NCBI GenBank assembly: GCA_002346435.1
Contig: DDZT01000064.1
Coordinates: 1-53,846, forward strand
DNA: 53,846 nt
DNA from: Anaerolineales bacterium UBA3001
Lineage (GTDB): Bacteria > Chloroflexota > Anaerolineae > Anaerolineales > UBA11657
Direction: 5' to 3'
Shown here: positions 19,714-27,828 of the stretch, piece by piece
How the letters are laid out: each line of letters starts with the position of its first letter
Position numbering within the stretch: the first letter of the stretch is position 1
Translations under genes and position numbers: made by a program
Notes under the pieces: generated by a model
What the model was told of the DNA's origin: nothing
Database searches by the model: none
The model's input: only the letters and a program-made list of their open reading frames with translations

Positions 19714-20067
19714 ATGAACCAAATGATAATATTTGTACTAAACGATCTTGATAAATCTGCTGATTTGCTAGAAGCATGGGAAGAAGCAGGCGCACGAGGA
19801 ATTACTTGCATAAATACGACCGGCCTCGGTAGTATACGTCATAGCGCAGAAATAGCGGATCTACCGTTTTACCTCAGCCTGACGGATATCCTTAAATCCA
19901 AACAGCATCATCATTGTACATTTTTTACGGTAGTTAACGACGACAATTTGTTGGAAAAACTCATTCAAGCCGCCCAAAAAGTAACGGGAGGATTGGACAA
20001 ACCAAATACTGGCTTCCTTTTCACTATACCTGTCAGTAGTGTTTACGGTATGAGTTCTGACGATTAA
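19714..20067 (+). CDS. Small soluble protein, possibly P-II-like fold
   Basis: 117 aa. beta-alpha-beta-like pattern MIIFVLND..ADLLEAWEEAGARGITCINTTGLG resembles P-II/P-II-like proteins. AGGA RBS. Starts 10 nt after the antiporter stop. Fold assignment is tentative. Confidence 0.4.
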   Translation: MNQMIIFVLNDLDKSADLLEAWEEAGARGITCINTTGLGSIRHSAEIADLPFYLSLTDILKSKQHHHCTFFTVVNDDNLLEKLIQAAQKVTGGLDKPNTGFLFTIPVSSVYGMSSDD

Positions 20068-20111
20068 ATTACAAATAATCACAAGTAGATCCTGTAACAT
20101 GATTAATCACA

Positions 20112-21164
20112 ATGAACACAAAGTGGACTGAATCAACTAAATACACAGTAATAGTAATCCTTGGACTGCTATTAGTATGGTTAATCTGGATAGCTAAGCC
20201 ACTAATTGGTCCGATAGTAATATCAGCTTTGCTAGCATTTACTTTAAATCCGCTTGTTACTTGGCTCTGTAATCGCACTCGCATAAACCATAATGTGGCA
20301 GTAGTTGTGGTATATACACTCCTTACTGTATTTCTAGTAGCCTTTCCATATATAGTACTGGATGAGCTTGAGAACAATAATGACTTTTCCGAAACTGTTA
20401 ATTGGGTATTAGACAGTACAGGTCTACTTTTTTCACGATCATTTACTATAGCGGGTATCACTCTATTACCTAGTGATTGGGTAACCGATATCGATCAATT
20501 TGTTGCAGAATCAGTTGCGACAATAGCAGGAAATACACTCAATTTTATTGCAACATTCACCGGAAACATGATTTGGGTGTTAATTACTATGGTTACATTA
20601 TTTTACTTCCTTAAAGATGGAAGTAGACTGAAACAAAATATGCTAAAGCTTGCTCCACCAAATTTACGTCATGAATGGGAACAGCTTCTCACCGATATTG
20701 ACCATGCATGGGGAGCATTCTTAAGGGGTCAATTACTTTTGATGTTAATAGTAGGAGTATTAGCAGCCGTAGGCGGAGTAGCCATAGGTTTACCTGGAGC
20801 TGTAATTTTAGGTGTATTAGCTGGACTACTGGACATAGTACCTTCGCTCGGACCCACTGTAGCAGGAATAGTAGCAATCACTGTTGGAATGGTGCTCGGG
20901 TCTACCTATCTCAATATTCCAAATGGATGGTTTGGATTAATTGTGGCTGCTCTATACTTTTTTGTACAACAAATTGAAAATATATGGCTAAGGCCACAAA
21001 TCATGAGCAATCGCTTGCGACTTCATCCGGGAGTTATATTTATAGGTGTGGTAGGAGCACTAGCAGTGCAGGGAATTTTAGCAGCGCTGCTTATAGTGCC
21101 AATTATGGCAAGCGTATCTATCCTAGGACGTTACATCTACTCAAAACTTACAGATTCAAATTGA
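20112..21164 (+). CDS. AI-2E (PerM/YhhT) family transporter
   Basis: 350 aa, about 8 TM helices, with the C-terminal VGGVAIGLPGAVILGVLAGLLDIVPSLGP pattern characteristic of the AI-2E family. Confidence 0.8.
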   Translation: MNTKWTESTKYTVIVILGLLLVWLIWIAKPLIGPIVISALLAFTLNPLVTWLCNRTRINHNVAVVVVYTLLTVFLVAFPYIVLDELENNNDFSETVNWVLDSTGLLFSRSFTIAGITLLPSDWVTDIDQFVAESVATIAGNTLNFIATFTGNMIWVLITMVTLFYFLKDGSRLKQNMLKLAPPNLRHEWEQLLTDIDHAWGAFLRGQLLLMLIVGVLAAVGGVAIGLPGAVILGVLAGLLDIVPSLGPTVAGIVAITVGMVLGSTYLNIPNGWFGLIVAALYFFVQQIENIWLRPQIMSNRLRLHPGVIFIGVVGALAVQGILAALLIVPIMASVSILGRYIYSKLTDSN

Positions 21165-21194
21165 TGATTATTAAGCTAGGACGTTACATCTACT
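21123..21194. repeat. Perfect 19-nt direct repeat (two copies, 53-nt period)
   Basis: CTAGGACGTTACATCTACT occurs at 21123-21141 (inside the 3' end of the AI-2E gene) and at 21176-21194 (intergenic, overlapping the stop of the convergent DUF360 gene). Confidence 0.85.
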
Positions 21195-21558
21195 TGAAAG
21201 CCAAGCGAAATACAAAGTTAGTAGGAATACTTACAATACTCACTGCCAACGCACCTACAAACGCTGCAACAAATCCATCTACGTTAAATCCATAACCCAG
21301 ATAACTTCCTAGCCATCCAGCAAGAACAAACATGCAAGTGTTCACTATTAAAGTACCCAAACCTAAGGTAGCTATGATTAAAGGAAAAGTCACAAGTTTA
21401 AGCAACGGACGAACAATTGAATTAACTAATCCTAATATCAATCCATTCACTAGGATAGCATCCAAACTAGTGGCAACAAAAGTAACTCCAGGTACAAACT
21501 GAAATACCACCCAGATAGCAACCACATTAACAGCCCACCGAGTTAGAAAAGCTCTCAT
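21190..21558 (-). CDS. Small 4-TM membrane protein (DUF360 / holin-4-like family)
   Basis: 122 aa, four hydrophobic helices. N-terminal FLTRWAVNVVAIWVV pattern is typical of the YvlD/DUF360 family. Confidence 0.55.
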   Translation of the reverse strand: MRAFLTRWAVNVVAIWVVFQFVPGVTFVATSLDAILVNGLILGLVNSIVRPLLKLVTFPLIIATLGLGTLIVNTCMFVLAGWLGSYLGYGFNVDGFVAAFVGALAVSIVSIPTNFVFRLAFK

Positions 21559-21632
21559 CGATTAGTGCTAATACTCAAACAACAAGATTGAATATATGAC
21601 ATAAGTTGATTGTGTTAGCATGTAAGAAATTT

Positions 21633-22565
21633 CTACAATCCTACCAAACCATAATATACGTCATCATCAACATTTCCTCCACTGAGAACGCATCCTATTT
21701 TCAGTCCTGAAAACCGCTTAGTTTCTGCAAAAAGTGCTGCGACAGACAATGCGCCTGTAGGCTCCACTCTTAGTTCACATTGATGCAAATGTTTCATTGC
21801 AACACCAATTAGACTCTCATCGATTTCTATGACTCCATTCATTTCACGAGAAAGAATCTCGAAATTTAGCCGGCCCAAGCTAATCGTTCGTGCACCATCA
21901 GCTAAAGTATCAGGTTCCTTGTCATTTGCAATGAGAACACCATTTCGTAAAGATCTTGCAGCATCATTTCCAATTAAAGGCTCAGCCCCCCACACTGATA
22001 CATCAACACCTCTTGACCTCAATCCTGATATTATTCCTGCACTTAAGCCACCACCACCTATGGGTGCTATTATTACATCGATATGAGGTATAGACTCAGC
22101 CAACTCAATACCTAATGTAGAATTTCCATTAATTACATGTTCACTATCATATGCACTAGACACATAATAATCTGGTAGAGATTTTGACAATTCTAATACA
22201 CGCTGTTCTCTAGAGATAATATTTGTATCAACAAGATCAACTTTGGCTCCATAGTATCTGACTGCATCAACCTTGACTTTCGCAGCTGTGTTAGGCATCA
22301 CAACAGTACATTTACGATTTTGCATTTGTGCTGCGCAAGCAAGAGCCTGACCAAAATTACCTGAAGAGGCAGCTAAAAATCCTGGGGCATCAACTCGACT
22401 TACAACATTCCATGCTGCTCTAAATTTGAAAGAACCAGTGACTTGACACAATTCGCTTATAAGATAAATTTCGCAATCTGCGAGTTCGTTCAAATGAGTG
22501 TCTTGCATTATGTGGGCAGGTATTATTGGATCAAAACTTTCAACATTTCCCATAATGGCGTTCAT
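21633..22565 (-). CDS. PLP-dependent threonine/serine dehydratase-like enzyme (fold-type II)
   Basis: PLP-lysine motif TGSFKFRAA and glycine loop IGGGGLSAG. Start set at ATG 22565, preceded by AGGAG with 8-nt spacing. Confidence 0.8.
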   Translation of the reverse strand: MNAIMGNVESFDPIIPAHIMQDTHLNELADCEIYLISELCQVTGSFKFRAAWNVVSRVDAPGFLAASSGNFGQALACAAQMQNRKCTVVMPNTAAKVKVDAVRYYGAKVDLVDTNIISREQRVLELSKSLPDYYVSSAYDSEHVINGNSTLGIELAESIPHIDVIIAPIGGGGLSAGIISGLRSRGVDVSVWGAEPLIGNDAARSLRNGVLIANDKEPDTLADGARTISLGRLNFEILSREMNGVIEIDESLIGVAMKHLHQCELRVEPTGALSVAALFAETKRFSGLKIGCVLSGGNVDDDVYYGLVGL

Positions 22566-22899
22566 ATAAATAACTCCTGTAAGAGGCTCAATACTAAATG
22601 TTGGCAACATTCAAGAATAGCTCATATTGACAATTTTATTAATTTGTTAGTGAATGACTAAAAATTGCCAATGTCAACAATTCTATAGACTATCAATCTG
22701 ATTCAAGTATAAACTGTTCAACAAATATCGTTCAACAATTGTTACATGATCATATTGTAGCACCCACTAATATACGAACATACAAAGGATACAGTTAATT
22801 CACCTGTTAGCTCCTGTTTGACTTCCAACAACAATTGATGATACACTGTATATCAACCTGATACAGTATAGTAAGTTCTACAATTAACTGTCTATTAGG

Positions 22900-22943
22900 T
22901 TCGGGTTCAAGCCCGAAGATTACCGGGCCCGAAGATTACCGGG
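22900..22943 (+). repeat. Hairpin plus perfect tandem 16-nt repeat in the liv 5' region
   Basis: TTCGGG-ttcaag-CCCGAA hairpin (22900-22917). CCCGAAGATTACCGGG occurs at 22912-22927 and again immediately at 22928-22943. Each unit can fold on itself (CCCG/CGGG), and the junction forms the palindrome CGGGCCCG. Confidence 0.7.
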
Positions 22944-23034
22944 TCTGCACAACAACTTTACAGACAAAATAAATAGTCCACCTTCTTCAATTACTAGTAA
23001 ATGAAGGGTCAAATGCTCAAATACCAAATATAGG

Positions 23035-24108
23035 TTGCAAGTGACTAGTTTACAGAAAACAAAGCGGGTTTCATGGGTCTCAATAATACTATGGGTGCTG
23101 CGTGTAGCTGTAATTACCCTAGTCATCTATGGATCTTCTGTAACACTTTCTTCTGGAAAATATGCGCCTAGCAGTTGGATAAGTCTACTAATAGCTGGAC
23201 TGGCTCAAGGAAGTATATATGCCCTGATTGCACTGGGATATTCTCTTGTCTACGGCATTATGCTAATGATTAATTTCGCTCATGGAGAAGTGTATATGGC
23301 AGGTGCATTTGTATCATTCTTTGTGGCAGATGCACTTGAGCAATCTGGTTTTCTTCAAGCACAACCACTAGTCACAATTTTTATATTGCTTTTATCAGCG
23401 ATGGCAACCTCAACTTTAGTAGCATTAATTCTTGAACGTGTAGCCTATCGCAAACTACAAAATGCTCCCCGCATGATTTCATTGATCACTGCCATTGGAG
23501 CATCATTCTTCCTCCAGTATACATTTAGAGGTTTCTTTGGTTCTGGGTTCAAAGCATATCCTGAATTTGGCACAATGTGGGGGCGTTGGACTTTCGGATC
23601 AGTTACTATTCAAATAGTACAAGTCGTAGTAGCTATGGCAGCTATATTGATGATGGGTGGATTATATTGGTTTGTCGAGAAAACAAAAACAGGAAAATCA
23701 ATGCGTGCAGTATCCGAAGACAAGGAAATCGCATCTCTCATGGGTATAGATGTTAACAGAGTTATAGTGATCACATTCATGCTGGGTGGAATGCTAGCCG
23801 GTGCTGCAGGAGTATTTCGCGGCCTTTATCAACCACAAGGCATTGGATACAACATGGGATTTTTACCAGGACTTAAAGCATTCTCAGCCGCAGTACTAGG
23901 TGGTATTGGAAACATCCCTGGAGCGATGTTAGGTGGACTATTTCTTGGAATATTTGAATCTATAGGCCCTAATCTCATTCTACAAGGACTAGGAATTGTA
24001 GGAGCAAACCAACTGAAGGACGCTATTGCAATAGTGATGCTTGTGTTAGTTTTAATATTTAGACCACAAGGCATCCTTGGTGAGAAACTAGCCGAAGAAA
24101 AAGCATGA
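23035..24108 (+). CDS. livH: Branched-chain/hydrophobic amino-acid ABC transporter permease (LivH-type)
   Basis: GLAQGSIYALIALGYSLVYG and downstream pattern are typical of LivH. TTG start of the longest ORF is uncertain (GTG at 23041 is an alternative). About 50 extra N-terminal residues include one hydrophobic helix. Confidence 0.85.
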   Translation: MQVTSLQKTKRVSWVSIILWVLRVAVITLVIYGSSVTLSSGKYAPSSWISLLIAGLAQGSIYALIALGYSLVYGIMLMINFAHGEVYMAGAFVSFFVADALEQSGFLQAQPLVTIFILLLSAMATSTLVALILERVAYRKLQNAPRMISLITAIGASFFLQYTFRGFFGSGFKAYPEFGTMWGRWTFGSVTIQIVQVVVAMAAILMMGGLYWFVEKTKTGKSMRAVSEDKEIASLMGIDVNRVIVITFMLGGMLAGAAGVFRGLYQPQGIGYNMGFLPGLKAFSAAVLGGIGNIPGAMLGGLFLGIFESIGPNLILQGLGIVGANQLKDAIAIVMLVLVLIFRPQGILGEKLAEEKA

Positions 24109-24112
24109 TACT

Positions 24113-26251
24113 ATGACCGACTCAAACGCTGCACAGATGATAATAGAACGCAAGCACGCTACTAGGACCATGTTGATTGGTATCTATTCAGGCTTAGTGG
24201 CCCTTTTCATATGCCTAATTGGTATGGTTGAAACATTTGGAGAAAGGGACATTATCGGCGGAATAATATCAATGGGACACACCATGTTAATCATAATTGC
24301 TATAGGTAGTGGTGCTATTGCAGTCAAAACACTTAGAGAAGATATGTCTACGCCCGGCGCAACAATAAATAAAACCTCATTCGTAGTTGAAATTTTTGTT
24401 GGCGTAACAGCTGGGCTCATAGTTGGCGCCACATTATCACTTTTCGTTTTTGCTACTGAGCTTGTTGATATGCGTTCAGTCCTAATCAACGTATCTCCTG
24501 GATTGCTTGAAATGCTAACATTACAAAAACCTGCGTCTCAGGTCATGGTTACCATGACGGTTTTGGGATCACTTCTAGGTGGCATAGGTGCAGCAATATT
24601 TAACATTGCTCCAAGAATAAGATTGCCTCTTGTGTTAGGTCTGACATCAATCGTATCGCTTGGCATGCTACGTGATATGCTAAAGATTGTCCTAACAAGA
24701 GAAGGATGGCCTAGTGTTTTGTTGAATTTCCTGGTAAAAAACCAAGGCTTGTCAATTGCAGGTGGAACAACTATATTTGCAACCACTGTTGCTCTAGTGA
24801 TAATATGGCCACATTTACCAGTAATATACGATAAAACAGTAAGAATAATAATAGCTTATGTCCCCAAGGTTTTACAATTCTCAGTCGGTATCATATTTGC
24901 AATTACACTAACAATGAGAGTATTCTGGTTTATTGCAATAAGCGATAAGGATTTACCTATTCTACCTGCATGTCAAACAGCCGATAATTCTCCCGATGTA
25001 GGCCTGGACAAATGTATAAGTATCGTCTCTAACGATATCAGCACAACAACCGATCTTCTAGGAACTAATCTGGCTACCCTAGTTAGTACTATTATTACAG
25101 TTTCTGAAATGCTGATTGGCACATTCATTCTCTTATGTGTCATCTTTGCTATTTGGAATATACGACAACGTGTAAACACAACAAACATAAAATCGACATT
25201 GGAAGACCCCAACAACGCATTACTCATAATCGCTAAGCGCAATATTTCTGCTTTCTTTGGTGTTTCATTGCTTGTATCACTTCCTATCTTATTAGGAGTA
25301 TTTCCAAGTGAAGTATTATTAAATGTTGGTCTCTACATGCTAATGGGATTTGGCTTAAACATAGTCGTTGGTATGGCTGGATTGTTAGACTTGGGTTATG
25401 TAGCATTTTTTGCTGTAGGAGCTTACTCTACAGCACTTCTGACATCACCTCGCGCCTCTATAGAATTAGGGATGTCATTCTGGGCCGCTCTTCCTATAGT
25501 TGTCCTGATAACAGGTGCAACAGGATTATTGGTAGGAGCACCGGTATTACGAATGCGCGGCGACTATTTAGCAATTGTTACTCTAGGATTTGGTGAAATA
25601 GCTCGATTTCTCTTCCTTTCTGATTGGTTTAAACCTTGGTTAGGTGGAGCACAAGGCATAATACTTATACCTCCAGTCAGTATAGGAAATATTCAACTGA
25701 TTGGGCCGCACAAGCTCTATTACCTAATAATTACAGGTTGCCTTATTGCACTTTTTATATCAGCACGTTTGCGTGAATCTCGTGTAGGAAGAGCATGGAT
25801 GGCAATGAGTGAAGATGAGCAAGTAGCTGAAACTATGGGTATTAACACTGTCTATTACAAATTGCTCGCGTTTGGATTGGGAGCAATGATAGCTAGTCTC
25901 AGTGGAGCAGTTTTTGCAGCAAAATTAGGCACCATTTTTCCGCACAGCTTTAACGTATTAGTTTCTATTACAGCCCTCAGTTTGCTAATTGTTGGAGGCA
26001 TAGGTAGCTTACCAGGCATAATAGTAGGAGCATTAGTACTAGTAGGACTTCCTGAACTACTACGCGAATTCACAGAATACCGTCTACTCATTTATGGTGC
26101 AGTCTTAATCTTCATGATGCTATCACGTCCGGAAGGTCTGATACCCAGAGTACGACAAACCAGAAAGCTTGATGACCAAGAACTCAACCAAGATGCCTGG
26201 CTGCACGATGAAACTGAAGCCAATAATGGCCCAAGTGTAACAGTAACATAG
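24113..26251 (+). CDS. livM: LivM-type ABC permease with ~380-aa N-terminal polytopic extension
   Basis: C-terminal ~330 aa carry the LivM pattern (GLNIVVGMAGLLDLGYVAFFAVGAY...LRMRGDYLAIVTLGFGEI). The N-terminal half is an additional multi-helix membrane region. Confidence 0.8.
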   Translation: MTDSNAAQMIIERKHATRTMLIGIYSGLVALFICLIGMVETFGERDIIGGIISMGHTMLIIIAIGSGAIAVKTLREDMSTPGATINKTSFVVEIFVGVTAGLIVGATLSLFVFATELVDMRSVLINVSPGLLEMLTLQKPASQVMVTMTVLGSLLGGIGAAIFNIAPRIRLPLVLGLTSIVSLGMLRDMLKIVLTREGWPSVLLNFLVKNQGLSIAGGTTIFATTVALVIIWPHLPVIYDKTVRIIIAYVPKVLQFSVGIIFAITLTMRVFWFIAISDKDLPILPACQTADNSPDVGLDKCISIVSNDISTTTDLLGTNLATLVSTIITVSEMLIGTFILLCVIFAIWNIRQRVNTTNIKSTLEDPNNALLIIAKRNISAFFGVSLLVSLPILLGVFPSEVLLNVGLYMLMGFGLNIVVGMAGLLDLGYVAFFAVGAYSTALLTSPRASIELGMSFWAALPIVVLITGATGLLVGAPVLRMRGDYLAIVTLGFGEIARFLFLSDWFKPWLGGAQGIILIPPVSIGNIQLIGPHKLYYLIITGCLIALFISARLRESRVGRAWMAMSEDEQVAETMGINTVYYKLLAFGLGAMIASLSGAVFAAKLGTIFPHSFNVLVSITALSLLIVGGIGSLPGIIVGALVLVGLPELLREFTEYRLLIYGAVLIFMMLSRPEGLIPRVRQTRKLDDQELNQDAWLHDETEANNGPSVTVT

Positions 26252-26277
26252 CATATATAGAGAAATGGTGAGTTACT

Positions 26278-27078
26278 TTGAACAAATTATTTGAATGTAA
26301 AAACCTCTCAAAAGATTTCGGTGGATTAACTGCTGTCAATAAGTTTAGCTTTGATATAGAGGAAGGTGAAATAGTCAGCCTGATTGGTCCTAATGGTGCT
26401 GGCAAAACTACATTCTTCAATCTAGTCACTGGTCTTTATCCACCTAGTAGTGGAATGATCATGTTCAAAGGAGAAGATCTGATCGGACTTTCTCCTTATG
26501 AAATCACTCAATTGGGCATCGCTCGTACTTTTCAAGCAGTACGCCTCTTCCCAGACATGACTATACTAGAAAATGCCATGGTTGGTCAGCATTGTAGAAG
26601 CAAAAGCGGGGTACTTGGAGCAATTCTTCGACCTCGATCATACCAAAAAGAAGAAGAACGCATACGTAATAATGCAAAGGAGCAGCTAGCATTTTTTGGT
26701 TCAAGATTAATGGGTTTTCGCTTGGATCAACCAGCTGCTAGTCTTTCTTATGCTAATCGCCGAAGACTTGAAATTGCCCGAGCAATGAGCACTGAAGCAA
26801 AATTATTGCTGCTTGACGAACCTGCCGCCGGCATGAACCCTAAAGAGACTATAGAAATTGCACACTTAATCGGAAAGTTGAGAGATGAAAGAGGGTTTAC
26901 TATTCTTGTCATAGAACATGACATGCGAGTAGTGAAAGATGTGTCTGACCGCGTAGTAGCAATGGACTATGGCGGCAAGATTGCCGAAGGCACTTATGAA
27001 CAAGTGGCAACTGATGAACACGTAATTGAGGCTTATTTAGGGCGTACAGGAATTGAAGAGCAAGATAATGCAAACTGA
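26278..27078 (+). CDS. livG: ABC transporter ATP-binding protein (LivG-type)
   Basis: Walker A GPNGAGKTT, signature LSYANRRRLEIARAM, Walker B LLLLDEPAAGM. Confidence 0.9.
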   Translation: MNKLFECKNLSKDFGGLTAVNKFSFDIEEGEIVSLIGPNGAGKTTFFNLVTGLYPPSSGMIMFKGEDLIGLSPYEITQLGIARTFQAVRLFPDMTILENAMVGQHCRSKSGVLGAILRPRSYQKEEERIRNNAKEQLAFFGSRLMGFRLDQPAASLSYANRRRLEIARAMSTEAKLLLLDEPAAGMNPKETIEIAHLIGKLRDERGFTILVIEHDMRVVKDVSDRVVAMDYGGKIAEGTYEQVATDEHVIEAYLGRTGIEEQDNAN

Positions 27079-27796
27079 CGAACATCCCATTCTAGAGCTT
27101 AGAAATATTGACACTCACTATGGGCCAATCCAGGTACTTCGTGAAGTCAATATAAGCATCCGTTCAGGCGATATAACTTGCCTGCTTGGTGGAAATGCTA
27201 GTGGAAAATCTACAACCCTACGCACTATTCTAGGAATGGTAACTCCTAGTCGAGGAAGTATACATTTTCGCGGTAACCATATAGAGGGTATTAGCACCAC
27301 TGAACTAGTACAACTCGGAGTTTCAATGGTGCCGGAAAATCGACGTATTTTTGGGCGGATGACAGTACTAGAAAATCTTGAGATGGGTGCCTTTCTACGT
27401 AAAGACAGCAATGAAATTGATAAAGACATGGAACGCGTATTAGATCTTTTTCCTAGACTAAGAGAACGCCTTAAACAGCTTGGTGGCACAATGTCTGGAG
27501 GTGAGCAGCAAATGCTCGCTATGGCACGTGCTCTAATGTCTCGGCCAAGTTTATTGCTAATGGATGAGCCATCTATGGGTCTATCTCCATTGTTCGTACA
27601 GCAGGTTTTTAGCATAATACAGGAAATCAATGAACAAGGTACAACTATATTCATGGTAGAGCAAAATGCAAACATGGCACTATCAATAGCTAATTACGGA
27701 TATGTTCTGCAAACAGGTGAAATTGTACTTAGTGACACAGCTGACAATTTGCGTGACAACAAAATGATGCGACAAGCTTATCTTGGAGAGACTTAA
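27068..27796 (+). CDS. livF: ABC transporter ATP-binding protein (LivF-type)
   Basis: Walker A GGNASGKST, signature MSGGEQQMLAMARAL, Walker B LLLMDEPSMGL. Start set at ATG 27068 (11-nt overlap with livG) rather than TTG 27053. Confidence 0.9.
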   Translation: MQTDEHPILELRNIDTHYGPIQVLREVNISIRSGDITCLLGGNASGKSTTLRTILGMVTPSRGSIHFRGNHIEGISTTELVQLGVSMVPENRRIFGRMTVLENLEMGAFLRKDSNEIDKDMERVLDLFPRLRERLKQLGGTMSGGEQQMLAMARALMSRPSLLLMDEPSMGLSPLFVQQVFSIIQEINEQGTTIFMVEQNANMALSIANYGYVLQTGEIVLSDTADNLRDNKMMRQAYLGET

Positions 27797-27828
27797 TCTC
27801 TGACAAAAACTCTACCCCCGCTTCTTAC

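Noticed and set aside
21190-21558. Holin-4-like small membrane protein as a sign of a prophage
   Set aside because: No endolysin, terminase, capsid, integrase or att-like context is present. DUF360-type proteins are widespread chromosomal membrane proteins.
22840-22870. SOS-box-like CTGT...ACAG inverted element (GATACACTGTATATCAACCTGATACAGTATA)
   Set aside because: The spacing is CTGT-N13-ACAG, not the N8 of the gammaproteobacterial LexA box. It does not match the GAAC-N4-GTTC Gram-positive type, and no DNA-repair gene lies downstream.
22871-22924. tRNA gene or pseudogene suggested by the T-arm-like GGTTCAAGCCC hairpin and a possible acceptor pairing (GTAAGTT / AGATTAC)
   Set aside because: Only about 54 nt are available. 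The loop is 6 nt rather than 7, and no D-arm or convincing anticodon arm exists. At best this is a degraded fragment, so it is kept only as an alternative reading in the liv-leader finding.
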